Source: Leptogorgia sarmentosa (Eukaryota). Taken from it: a stretch of 64,000 nucleotides of DNA. Where the stretch lies: assembly GCA_964658305.1 (NCBI GenBank), contig OZ210885.1, positions 12,338,001 to 12,402,000 of the forward strand, read 5' to 3'. Under the pieces are notes generated by a model. The model ran no database searches. It was given only the letters and a program-made list of their open reading frames with translations, and was not told the DNA's origin. A program made the translations under genes and the position numbers. Of this stretch, positions 1 through 13,200 are shown piece by piece (positions within the stretch are counted from its first letter, which is position 1; every line of letters begins with the position of its first letter).

Positions 1-854
1 ATGCAGGTGCAAGAACTTTGGTAAAGGCAATGCCAACTAAAACCCAATGTTGTTCTTCCTCTGATATCATTATCGTTCTATGAAGTTAATATAAAATAAT
101 GGTGTTACAATTTTAGCTATCAAAACACAAAGCTTTTGTAAACAGTACAGTTTCTTTGAAATACTGGTCTGTACTTTGAAAATACTGTATGAGTAACCCA
201 GTTTTGAACAAACAGACAAGCAAGATTTATACAATTTGTAAGGCGAGTGGAAAGTATTGACCACTCAACGCTGTCTCCAAATATTTGGCTTCGTGGCCTC
301 GCAGTTTGTTCAGTATTGCGAGAGCATATTATGGATAGTTGTAAACTGACGACGATTAAATATCTTTCTTTCGTTATTTGTCATTCAAACCGTGTCATTT
401 TAATGTAACAATCGCTTAAAAGTCACTTAGATCATAGACAATCGTCTATGGTTCTATGCTTAGATTTAAGTAAAACATTGTTCTTTTTACACATAATTGT
501 CCATCCGGAAATATGCATATTCATAGCCTACTGATATAGGGAATAATGAATTGAATAAGCGTCGCACTTTTGCAACTACAGTGCGGCGGTTAATCGAGGA
601 TAATAGAGAGCTCAAGCAGGGGGCGTTTTTAAGAACACGGTTGTCAAGGTGACGATGATGTGAAGGAAATTGATATTCTATTCTGAACAGGTTTTGTTCA
701 TTCGTTACGTTTTTGGGAAATAAAAATTACCAGCATTTACGGTACTTGCATGCTATCGGTCAAATATTCTTAATCTTGCAATAATTAAAAATGAAAGTTT
801 TATGTTCTGAGATGACCATGACCTTTTACTGATAGAAATGTTGCTGAAGATATA

Positions 855-3800
855 ATATAGTTTTTAATGAAATTTGTAAACAAACTTGCGTGAGGTACAC
901 ACTACCAGTATTGAAGTTTGCTTTCCTATGAATTTAAAGGCCTTGTCGAAATCTAATCAACTAAGAACATGAAATTTGCGATACAGACTGTAAGTTGTCA
1001 AATTGCAATTCAATTAAGGTCCGTCTGCGTGTTGTTTGGCTCTCTGGTCATTGCATGTTCAAGTCTGAATAAGCTTAGTTCAATTTAGGATTTTCAGTAA
1101 ATCGTGCCACGTAGCGCTGTATGTCTAATGCATGACATGCCAATGACTGAACATTCGCTGGAGTCATACGTCTCCATGATATAATAACCCCAAGAATACA
1201 CTGCAGATATAGCAATGAAAAGCTTTTTATAGCATTCAATGAATATATTTAATGATTCATGATCCCGACCTTTTCAGATCAAAACGTTTGAAATGATATC
1301 TAGTTTTAGGAGTATCTTGTCTGAACTGAAAATGGAAGTCTACAACACTACAACTTACAAACAAATGCTTTTGCATGACGAATTGCTTAGATAAACTAAG
1401 TGGTGTCAGGTGTGTGAGGAGTTTATTATGTGCTCACGAAATCACAGATAAAGTAAGAGAGACATAATCCAAGTGCACGTACGTTTATTTGGCATTTTGT
1501 TGCAGACGCATGATATCGTGCTTTGAAAGGAATTTGCAATGTGACATTTTATAACGTTACTCTGCAAACTGGAAATAATTTCGAAACATTTTCGTAGAGT
1601 CACCGAGTGTTAAAATGATTATTGAAAGAAAAAGCGATTCTGTATTCATTTTGTGTCACATAACTCAACGCCGTCATATCTCGCGAACGTTCGAGCAATT
1701 CTGTTTGCGGGTTTCACTTGAATGGTGCTGCGTCGAAGAACAATATAACTGACATAACTCAGCAAGACACTCATATGTGACATTTTACGTGGGAACAGAA
1801 AGCCGCAATGATTAGATTAGCGTCAGCAATAAAGATAATAAATATAACTGATAGCACAATTTACATGGTTTTTTTCGGCGCTCATTTCAGGCTAAAGTTT
1901 ATGCAAATTTGGGTAAATCTTTTAAAATACAATATGAAACTGCACTACGGTCGTTGTGAAACATTCAAGATCGTTAAGGTCACAAAGACATTGTCAACAT
2001 GCGTTTGCATGTAGAATATTTTATATATGATTCAACTCTGATTCCAATGAAGCAATGAATTACTTGCTTTCTATGAGGTGACAGTTGATCAGTACTAAAA
2101 CAATACGCAGATTCGAATTTTTGAACAAAGGCTCTTAGTCGAACTTTTGCTAAAATACAATCCGTGGTGAGTGGATTTTCCGGTGCTCTTGATGCTATTA
2201 TTCGTCAGACTATACCTAAATTAAACGATGAACTCCGACAAAAGGCGTTCGCTCCAAATATTGAAACTTTATTGCATCGTTTAGGTAGTGAGCAAAACCC
2301 TTTCTGGTGTTTGCTGTTGTGATCTGCTACCTGCACTGGCGCGCCGCATATTGAATATTTCCTTACACACTACTTGGTAAAATAATTCAGTGACAATAAA
2401 TTTGAAGAATTCTACTCACCACAAGACATTCGGTGTATAAACTACATGGAGCTGAAGCAAGTTGCTGTTTAAGCTTCGGGAATATTGTTGCAAAGTGCAA
2501 AGTAATGCATGTTGGGTTTCATGCAACAAAACAGTACATTGAAATGATTTCTGTCACAATAATAAGACGTCTGAACGACCAATACAAGCTTACCCTATGA
2601 CGTAAAATACCAAAATGTTTTTCGCCTGACATGAGTTCGTAACTTTACACCAGGGCACAATGCAACTCAACTTATTTTTAATCCGTCATGAATTTAAAAT
2701 CATCCGGTTTTATTTTCCCTCTTCTTAGGAAATATAATTATCATATGAATGGAAAATTAAAGACATTTCGTATATTAAATTTCGCAAAGATTTTGGCAGT
2801 TAAATACCGTTTAATACAGTTCACAGTGAAGTAGATGTTACTGTGATTTTCAAGCATAGGTCATGTGGGAAAGAGTTTGGTAGATATACGCGCGACAATT
2901 TTAAAACTAAAGTACATATATCTTACATTCCTTTAAACAACCCCATAGTTCGTTTACTTGCATGCTGTCAGTCAATTTAATCTCAGTCTTTGTTTTATGG
3001 TAGACGCAATCTATCAACTGTTACAGACTGAAATGTTGCCAATCATATACTATAGTTTTAAATGAAACTTGTAAACAAACTTGCGTGAGGTATACGCACT
3101 GCTAGTATTGAAGTTTGCTCTCGTATGAATTTGAAGACTTCGTCACAACCTAATTAGTCAAGAACAGCAAATTTGCTAACAGCGCTACCGACTGAGCGTT
3201 GCTAAGTTGCAGTTATATCGCTGAAAACCTGAAAGCAATAAAGGTCCACATGCAGCTCAAGTCTGTATTGAATAAGCCCGAAGTGAGGATGGAGGCTGCT
3301 TTGTTTGGCAATGCTCAATTCAATTAGGATTTTCAACAAATCGTGCCAAGTAGCGCTGTATGCATGACATGTCAGCGATTGAACACGCATCAGTCATATG
3401 TATGTTCACCATGATATAACCATCCAAGAATCAGTATATATAGTAACGAAAAGCTTTAAAGCATTTATTAAATAATCATTCATGACCTCAGCTTTTATAA
3501 AAAGATCCAAATCTTGTCTAGTTTTATCAGTATCTTGTCTGAATAAATTAAGTTTAATTTACAAACAAGCGCTCTTGCATGACAAATATCTTAGATAAAC
3601 TAAGTGGTGATTTGTGGAGTTTATGTGCAATACAAGGCTCACGAGATCACAGATAATTAAAAGTAAGAGCGACATAGAACACCCTCACATAACCTGAGAC
3701 GATATTACACGAATGGTAGAAGCGTAAAGGCATGTTTGTTTGTGATTGTGTTGTAACGTCATCAGATGGATATTGTGCTTTGAAAGGAAATTTGTAATAT

Positions 3801-4535
3801 GACATTTTGTAGCGTTATTGTGCAAACTGGAAATAGTCTCAAAACTTTTATTATTACTCACCAAATGTTGAATTCGCAATAATGTTAAAAGGGCAAACGC
3901 TTCTGTATTCAACTTGTCGTCACATATCGAGAACGTTCCAGCAATTGTGTTTGCGGGTTTCACTTGAATAATGCTGGGTCGAAGAACAATATAACAGGAA
4001 GACACTCATGTCACAAGTTGCGTGGGAGCGAAGAGCAGCAATGATTACTTCAGGTTGAAGAATTAGATTTAGAGATTATTCAATTGTATAATATTAGCTG
4101 GATTTAATATTTAGCTCTTTTTCAAAAGCGATGTCTGAACGACCAATAGAAATTTGTCGTATGAAGTAAAATACCAAAATATGGTTCGTTTTTGATGAGT
4201 TCGTAGCTGTACAGAAACGCACAATACGACACAACTTGTGTTGTCACTAAGTGAAATTGTTTTTAATCCGTCATGAATTTAAAATCATCGGGTGGCATTG
4301 TCCCTGTTCTTGGGAAATATTATTATCATATGAATGCAAAATTAAAGCCAGTTCGCATATGAAATTTCGCAAAGATTTTGACAGTTCAATACCAAGGATC
4401 ACAGTGAAGTAGATGTTACCGTGGTTTTCAAGCATAAGTCGTGTGTTACAGAGGGAAAGAGTTTTGTAGATATACACGTGAGAATATTAAAACGAAAGCA
4501 CATATCCTACATTCCTTTGAAGAACCCCACAGTTT
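855..4535 (+). repeat. Old, diverged tandem duplication (copy 1 ~855-2952; copy 2 ~3050-4535, which lacks an internal ~0.7 kb)
   Basis: Colinear shared blocks include TTGTAAACAAACTTGCGTGAGGTA (~873 and ~3069), TTAGATAAACTAAGTGGTG (~1387 and ~3591), GTTTGCGGGTTTCACTTGAAT (~1702 and ~3949) and CACAGTGAAGTAGATGTTAC (~2822 and ~4400). Many substitutions and indels; boundaries approximate. Confidence 0.85.
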
Positions 4536-4947
4536 GTTTTTTGAAATATTTTTAATATCCCCACTGCATGACAAGTTGCTTTGGGTTCATTTCAATGTAT
4601 TGAATTTTGTCATCCCGTGGTATTGAGATTCTGCCGAGGCCATTTACACGATAAGATTTGTATTATAGCGTCTAGAATGCATGCAGCAAACATGCGTGAA
4701 TACAATGAAATGCCGTCGTAACGTAATCAACAGGGAATGGCCCTTCAAGTGACATTGTGTCATGTAGTAATTCTACCTATATCGGGGACGCAAATTTCTA
4801 ATCTGCCGACAGTCGAGCACCTCAATAATAGTCGAACACCTCATTCACTCGTATTCAGCAACTCAACAGCGCTTAACACTAACCCAAACCCTATTCCTAA
4901 CCCTAACTTTAAACATTGATCAAAGATCATATCATATCACACAATCG

Positions 4948-5076
4948 AAAGAATGCTCTTGGAAAAATCTGTGAGTAACTGAGAAACTAGGCCTTGTCGC
5001 CTGAATATATGAAAGAATGCTCTTGAAAAAACTCTGTGAGTAACTGAGAAACTAGGCCATGTCGCCTGAATATATA
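4948..5076 (+). repeat. Short direct tandem repeat, 2 x ~65 bp
   Basis: AAAGAATGCTCTTG...CTGTGAGTAACTGAGAAACTAGGCC.TGTCGCCTGAATATAT occurs twice in tandem. Confidence 0.85.
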
Positions 5077-5414
5077 CTCTTTCGAAACCAGAGCAAGATA
5101 TATTAGTGGCCTTGGCATTCACACACAACACAAATGCAACCGGGTTTTGCCTACCTCATCCAGCAACCTCAACCACTACAACATCATGTCATTACTGATC
5201 ATTCACTCATCTAATTTAATATTAATATTAATTCACTAACACTTCGTTCATCTAATCAAATATCCCTTGGTTATAATATGATATGTTATAATATAATTAC
5301 AAATCATTTGTGTCACCCAAAATAACTCCCTTAACAAAGGAACAGCCATTCAAACGTTTGTCCAGGATCCGAATACCTGTATCTAGACCCATTTTCTATT
5401 TCAAGCCGCCATAG

Positions 5415-5737
5415 ACAATAAAGCTACAATACTACAATAAACTACAATAAAGCGGTATTTTATAATCTATATTTACTAAAGGCTAATTTTAAAGCCATTA
5501 ATTGTCGTGTTTTAGACTGCATGTTTTCATTAAAAGAGTAGTTGTTGTGTATTTGTGTCACTCTGAATAAGTCCATATAATAAACAGAACATTACACGGT
5601 TCCCTCGAAGATATGGATTTTATGTTCTCTTGGCAAGAACAATATCTCACTCGTTCGCTGCGCTCACTCGTGAGATATTGTTCTTGCCACTCGAACATAA
5701 AATCCATATCTTCTCGCAACCGTGTAATATCCTATAT
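5415..5737 (+). mobile_element. 5'-truncated copy of hairpin-ended non-autonomous element, family A
   Basis: Near-identical to 16844-17168; ends in a ~135-nt imperfect palindrome (5592-5727). Confidence 0.8.
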
Positions 5738-6559
5738 GTATATAGAACTCAGGAACCATTGATTGTAAATTGCCCATTTGCAACATATTTAGTATTGGCA
5801 GTCTCAGATTTCATACCATATATAGTAACGTCTGCCGTCCTCTAGAATCATTTGCATATGCACGTCGAAGACTATAGACTGATAACTGAAAGTTCGTTAA
5901 ATTAAACCCTAAGTCAGAGAAGGTTTAATGAATTTTCTTTGTCAGTTTGTTAACCCAATGTACAGTAACTAGTACTTTTCTGATGATAAACCCATGCACG
6001 CAGCGGCGCAGAAAGATGTTTGAGATAGGGTGCTGGAATTGAACGATCAATCCCCACAAATAATTGCCATGGAAAGTCATAAATTCAATTTAAAAGCGAA
6101 TCGTTATCTTCGCATCTCTTGAAGTTTCTAAATTTGAGCCATGCAAAGAGATCCAAAACATGTAGCTTTGCTTCCCTGCCACATTTTGGTGAAAATCTCC
6201 AATATATAGACTAATTTTAATCTAGACAAATTCAGACGTGAAACAAAGAAATTCCCGAAAAAAAATTTTCAAAAGTAGTAAAATTCCAAAATTTGGTGTA
6301 CCGAATATATAGCCTTACAAAGATGTAACTTAGTATGTAATACTCGTCTCATATTATTTTGTTGCGTGCGGAAATTCATGGCGAGATATGCGCACAACGT
6401 ATGTTCACTTTTTCGGAGTCAAAATGTGAGATATCCATTATTTCTCGCCATGTTCTACCACAGTGTGTGAAAATCAAAAATTTTAACGTGTTTTTTTATG
6501 CAAAAATTTGCTTTATCGCTTGTGGAATTCTTTGTTCGGGTTATTTACGTAGTTTAAAT

Positions 6560-7062
6560 TTTACTATTTAACGACAATTAATATTGGCTTTTGAATTTTT
6601 CTCCCATGACTATTTTCATGAGTGTTTCGAAACGTGGTATTGTGGTTTCGAAACGGAAGTTCAAGATATTGTTCATTTTTTTAAAATTTTGATGAGAAAC
6701 AAATAAACTTATATTCGCTGTCAACTAGCCATGTTTCTGTCAAAATGTACCCTTGCTTATTATTACACGAAAATTGTCTACTTAGCTATATAGTTACTTC
6801 CGCAAAACGTCGTCGAGTTCAAGCGTGTTTTCGATCTCCTCCGTATCTAAAGGAAATATAAAGATAAGGGTTTCTAAATGAGTCATATCCAAAATGCTTG
6901 CTCTTTAAAACAAAGAGATTTGTTTTAAATAATTATATTGTTTGGTGCTGTTAGGCAAAACCTGTTGATTTCACTATTTAACAACGATTAATATTGGCCT
7001 TTTCTCCTATGACTAGTTTCGAAACGTGGTATTGTGGTTTCGAAACGGAAGGTCAATATATT
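6560..7062 (+). repeat. Local direct repeat (~100 bp; ~6560-6670 and ~6970-7062)
   Basis: ACTATTTAAC.AC.ATTAATATTGGC...TTTCGAAACGTGGTATTGTGGTTTCGAAACGGAAG is present twice. Confidence 0.75.
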
Positions 7063-7177
7063 GTCCGTGCTGTCTTAAGTACAATCTGTCGATATACATG
7101 GAGAGACAGGGAATTCAGAAAATTAGATTAGCTTTTTCTTCACTGTGTCACAATCATCTTTCGAAGTCAACAGCACG

Positions 7178-7241
7178 ATGTCGTGGCAGGTTCAGCGACG
7201 TTGGATTCTCCTATATTGCCTGACATTATCTCTCTTTGAAG
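7178..7241 (+). CDS. Gene 1 probable first coding exon (signal peptide)
   Basis: ATG then MSWQVQRRWILLYCLTLSLFE (basic residues followed by a hydrophobic core); donor G|GTGCGT, phase 1, compatible with downstream exons. Confidence 0.6.
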
Positions 7242-10200
7242 GTGCGTACATATGTAGAAAACAAAATGCTGGGAGTACTGGCAATTTGTGCGAAGTAAAT
7301 TAGCAGCTTATATTTTGAGTTTTCGACAAAAGATTGTGTTAAATGATCGCCATAATTATTGTACGATCTCCTCATTAAAAAACCTTAACCGTTTTATTAT
7401 CTTTATACATTATAGATAATTATATTTTTTTGTATTCAACCAAGTCGAATATATTTAAATAACGTCGATAACTGCTTTATTTTGTTGTTAATTTTTTTTT
7501 AATTCCTGCAATTATAAAAGCATTTTCATGACGTGAAAGATGAAATTTTCCACGAGGCGGCAGCTGAGAGGAATTGAAAACTAACCTAACTATGACCGCC
7601 TTAATATCTAGCGAAAACAATACCTCGAGCGAATATTAGCATTAATAGTTTAATTTCAAACACGAAATTAGAGTGGAATGAAATATAGTTTTGCATTTAA
7701 AAATGATAACCTTTTGGGCAAAGAGTAAGTCCTATACCAAATGCAGGTTCACAAGTTCTGCATATTTAAACCTTTTCAACGGACATTACAATTTTCACCC
7801 GGTTTAAGTGTTTTATAATTTATGAGCCCATAGCATTGTCTTCGAGCAATGCCATCAAGACGCGTGAGTGATAAATTGAATTCTTTCTTTGATGTATCGC
7901 CGGAATATGTGGAAAGAGAGCGGATTTTTTCGAATTTTTTAGTTGTTTTGGATTTTTGGAAGTATTTCATACTTTTATATAGCATTCTTTGTTTGCTTTT
8001 CACACTAATTAAAATGGATATTGCAATTGGACAACGCATTGGAGCTGTTGAATAAGCGGGCATTTGAGGCTGTGGCATTATTGTATAGGCATTGAAAATG
8101 ACATTTTTAAAATAGTTTTTTGTATATCAATAAACTATACTTCAACAGGACGTAGTCACGCTGCTACGACATCACCTAAACGACCATGCAGTGTACCAGT
8201 CACGTGATTGATATTTATGTATATATTTGCACTGAACAACCTTTTTGGGAGAATAGTTTATGCAGTCGATCCCAAAAGGGTTATCTAGTGCAAATGAATG
8301 TAAGAGGAGATCTTTTACAAATTCTCGTACTGGCTGGTCAACACCAATCAGACGTTAAGGAAATGGAAAGGGGCGTAGCGATGCATTTTAGAGAGGGGGG
8401 GGTTACGGCGTGGACTAAGCATGCCATATTCAATTTTAAACTGAAGGTACATACCACATATAATTGGTTGACAGTGAGTTATTTTTAAAATACGCGACGA
8501 AACTTATTCCTAAAATACGTGGTAAGATATTAAGGCAAATCCCAATATAGACAGAAGTGTTGATAGCACGGATATCTGAATTTGTCGTCATTTTGAGGCA
8601 GCCCACCTGCACCTCCCCCCCCATTCGCAACGCCCCGGGCGACTTATTAACGGATGCAGCTGAAGACCTCCCTGTTGATAACTTAAATTTCTCGCAATGA
8701 TTTCTATCATTTAGATCGATTTCTGATCGACTCGTGCAAAGTTGCGGAGACAGCAGTCAAGAGAGAGTCATTCAAATATTTCAACACGACTTTTGATGTC
8801 GTCACCGAAAACGAAATCATAATTGAAGTTCAAGATTTGGTCGGTAAGTGTGTTGAATCGCATATCTTTTAGCTAAGAAAATTTAGAAGGTTTATTAACA
8901 CTGTATAAAATGCATGGCGCTCTTTTCAACTAGGTATCAGTTATCTATATGCATCTGCAAAAAGTAGTATTCCCGGCCCGTTGGACTCAGATAGTGTAAA
9001 GAATGAAACCGACGGAGGTGCAAGAGTTGTTTCAGTTAAACTTGATGATGAAACAAAGGTAGATATATGGAAACTGGTTTCATGGACAGTATAAATTAAG
9101 ACAATAAAATAATGTGTTGTTCAGTATATATACAGTTGTACAGTCCACAATGGTTGTTTTATCTATCGCGTGGAAAATGTTGTTGAAACAGTATAATGGT
9201 CTTCTGCAATCGTTGTTCACTAGTTATGTGTTGCCCGTGTGCTTTATCTGGACTAGAAGTTCCTCCCTCGGTCTATAAAATTCGTCAAAAGTGACAAAAC
9301 TACAAAGAGTGCAATAATCGGAACATAAAATTGTCAAACAAGCAATCAAATGTAGCAATTATCCATTAAAAATTGTAAGACTTAGCCTTCTAAACAAGCC
9401 TCGGTCTTAATAATTTTTCATATCCTACACGACTCCATCCAATAAGTGTCTATTATTTTCTCCTTTATAAATACAATAATTGAATTTGGGATTTGTGGTA
9501 CGTTGCTCCACCCATGGGTCGGTTGATAACACTTTACACGCTCTTGAAAACTCCGCATAATTATGTTTTTAGAAAAATATCATCGAATAATTGTTAATTA
9601 TTACGTATACAATGAAAAATCTGTTAAATCATATAATACGCAAATATAGACATTATAATCATTAATCATTAAAAATATAACCATTAAAATTTACGAAAGT
9701 TGTAAACAGTTGTAAACAGTACAATTACCAAATTGCAAACATCGATAAAGACCCATGCTCGTGACCAAGGCATGGAAAGGGGACAAACAGACTACACTTA
9801 TGACACGCGACACAATATAGCTACATGTATGTCCCAATGTAGAAAACAATATATTAATTCTTTCATTAATTTACTTTATTACTTGGTTTTGTTCCCGAAG
9901 TGCTCTCAGTGCACGACCACATCCAAAGGAATTTTTACACTACGAAACAAAGGGATGGCCTCTCAGGGACTGTGTATATGAATTTACTTGTCGATTGGTA
10001 AATGTACTGGACGACTGATCCTTCTTTATTATTTAGACCGTATATGTCGGTGTGCAAGGCCAGAGAGATTACAACAAGTTTAAATTAATATTTTGGGATA
10101 ACTTGTTCAAAAACGGCGGAAGATTTGAAGTGAACGTCACTGAGGACCCTCGCGAAATTATAAGTTTGAACATGGTGTCGCATTCCTATAAGTACGTATG

Positions 10201-13200
10201 TGCGAGGGTTAAATGTTTTCAAGTTATTTAGACACAACAAACAGCAACGTCTTGTTCAAAAATACCGACACTATAAACCACTGCGTTAAAAACATCTAAG
10301 GGACCGTTCATTATTTATGCCTCGGGGTGGCACCGAAGAGAAAATAAAAAATGCTAATATTTTTTATTTGCCCAACCTTTTTGTTGGCTAATTTTTTTTT
10401 TACCCAACCCTTCCTATATAGGTCTTTTGAAATGATTATCGTAACTTTTTAGTATTAACTATTTTGATAAATTTTATGTAGCCGTTCAGTTGGTCAGCCG
10501 TTCGTTCAGAATGCTTATGAAGCACCATACAGTACCAAAATTAATGGATGTTTATGAATTTGTTTGAATATCAAGCAATAGTACAAAATAAATATCAATA
10601 ATCAATACACTTTATATACATACCACAGGGCAAGGGATATCTACTCTGTGACCGATGCCGCTCTTGCAAGTTTTCATATTGGGCCAAACCAATCACCAGC
10701 GGGATAATTTGACTTACATCTTCAGGTTATGTATTGTAATTGAATCGGAGACCTAATTTACCCGAAGACGTGAGTTAAAATAACCTGCTGGTGATTGGTT
10801 AGGCTTCGTTTGAAAACATAAAAAATATGTAAAGGTGGCCTCGGTTTGCCTGTTCCAGCTGTAATACAAAGTAGACACTCCTTGAAAGACACTTACTTTA
10901 TTTTACCCACCCTTTCAGAGCAACTCCAATTTTTCTTTACCCACCCTTTGTGTAGGTAAAAAAATCGGTTACCCACCCATTTTCTCTTCGGTGCCACCCC
11001 GAGGCATAAATAATGAACGGTCCCTAATTCACTTATTTCTGACTTAAACCACATTGCCTTATTGTTTTACTATAACCATGTTTACACTGCAGTGTTTTTC
11101 TGGCCTGTACCTAGCCTAGACCTGGCCTATACCTAAGTGTGAACGGGTTTTTACATCGCACGGACCTGCATGGTCCAGACCACAAATTATATGCCAGTCA
11201 AAAGTATTGCCTATCCCTGCCCTGGACCTGCCATATACCGCGATTTTCCCCTAGTGTGAACAGCTTTTAGCATCAGCCCAACCCAGGCAAGCCTCGTTGC
11301 TATGGTAGCTCAAACCCACAATAGCAACTGGTTAGATGAGATTAAAAAAGTAAAATTGGAGGGAAATCAATATTCGTGCTGCGAGATTGGAGCAGGGCCA
11401 AGCCAGTGGACAAGTAAACGTTGTGTATGTAAACGGTTCGTTTTTTCGCCAGGTATGGTCGGTATGGGCAAAAAAACACTGCAGTGGAAACGCGGCTTAT
11501 CACGATGTAGAGTACTCAATCACGTTTTCTTATATACTTTTAGCATGAAGTACTACATATCAGCAGGCGACAACTCAACGTTCAGGATTGCAAAATCAAA
11601 TAGTCATCCCAAACTTGTAAAGAAAAGAAAACTCGACCATGCAATTACTTCACATTACAGTGTAGTGGTCATCGCCCAAGATTTAGCCAATCAATGTCGT
11701 AAAAGTCGAGCTATAGTTCAAATTAATGTTATTGATCCGAGTGATATCTATCCGATATTCAAAAAGAAGGAATACACTGCTAGTATTCCTCGGAATGCTA
11801 AAAAAGGTGCCTTTGTTATAAAGGTATTTAGCTACAATTTTTTTTATCAACACGAAAACGATTTCTTTATGAGATGAAAACATGCTAGACCCGGCATACG
11901 AATTTGAGTACGTCTAGAACAATCGATGGCTATATTGACGATAAATGATAGCCCTATTAAGTGATGTAACACCAATATAACAAATACAAAAAAAAACTCT
12001 GTTTCTGCTGAGACTGGAATTTGATTCATGAAATATAGCTACTAAAGTTTTTTCTCAAAAATTCTGACAGTCGTGTGAGAAGGCTGCTTCAATTTCGCTT
12101 TCAGTAAGCATCGTAATTCCAGCCTAGAAACATCAAAGATCTTTTTGTATTTCGAATAGGTTGATTGTAGCTCTCACCAAACTCGTTCCATTTGACTGGA
12201 ATTCAAATCGATCAGTTCTGGTTTTTTTTCAGTTTGAAACTACTGATTCGGATTCAGGCGACAGCAGGAAAATCACATATACAATTACTTCCTCAAATGC
12301 TCCAGGGCTTTTCAATGTTGATTCCAATGGCGATGTCACATTAGAACGCCGCCTGAACTTTGATAGCGAAAGCTTTTATACTTTGACAATTTCCGCAGAA
12401 GATAATATTAACGAGTCGCTTCGGATAAATTCAAACGCCGTGTTGAAGATTTCAGTTATCGATGGAGGTATTGGGCTTAGCAAAAGGTCTTCCCCAGTAT
12501 GTGGCTTACATAAAGATAGCAACAAAGGTCAGTTTCCTCTCAGGATAATAAGCATGGGTCGGACTGAATGGAAATTGAATAAGAGATAGCCCTATAATTG
12601 TCCAGTTTTTATATATCGTCCAGTGAGATTGGTGGTGGGTAAATACAAATTTCTAACATTCATACAAAATGTACATTTACGAAATATACACACAAAAATT
12701 CTGAAATTCATTTAAAAAAAACGAACACGTAATGAAAAGACATAACCTAAAATCGTTCGTATCCTATTCAACATTTTGACGGCAAAAAGTACTAGTAGCG
12801 AAAATTCAAGGATTTTTGAAAAGCTGTGCGGTACGTCACAAGGTAAACTCTGTGACCAGCCCAGGGGCCAGTTGTTCAAAGGAAGGTTAGCGCCAGCCTG
12901 GGGTTAAAATTTAACCCAGTGTTTTGGTTTGCGTATTTCCACACACCGGTTTGCTTATAGAAATTCTTACCGATGAAAGTCTTATTGATCTAGACAAGAT
13001 TTATGAAAAGATATCTTTAAATTCATGAACTTACTGTTAGGAAATTTGTTTTGAATTTTTAATTTAGCTAAGGCTTAAACTGATATAACCGGCTTTTGAA
13101 CAACTGGCCTCAGGTGGTGAAGTAATTCTCTGTTATAGCTTGACTGACCTTTTTGAATTTTTGCAGCAAATTGCAGAGGTTTTCCCTGTGACTTACGGTG

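Noticed and set aside
4878..4910. Telomeric repeat
   Set aside because: Only a few degenerate CCTAAC units; more likely an internal motif of a repeat element.
5630..5845. Repeated ORF MARTISHSFAALTREILFLPLEHKIHIFSQPCNILY (also 17061-17342) as a small gene family
   Set aside because: It is a chance translation of the family A hairpin and starts at a non-ATG codon.
11302..11543. N-terminal part of ORF 11302-11877 as coding
   Set aside because: It lies in a MITE upstream of the TTTTAG acceptor at 11543; the cadherin sequence begins after it.
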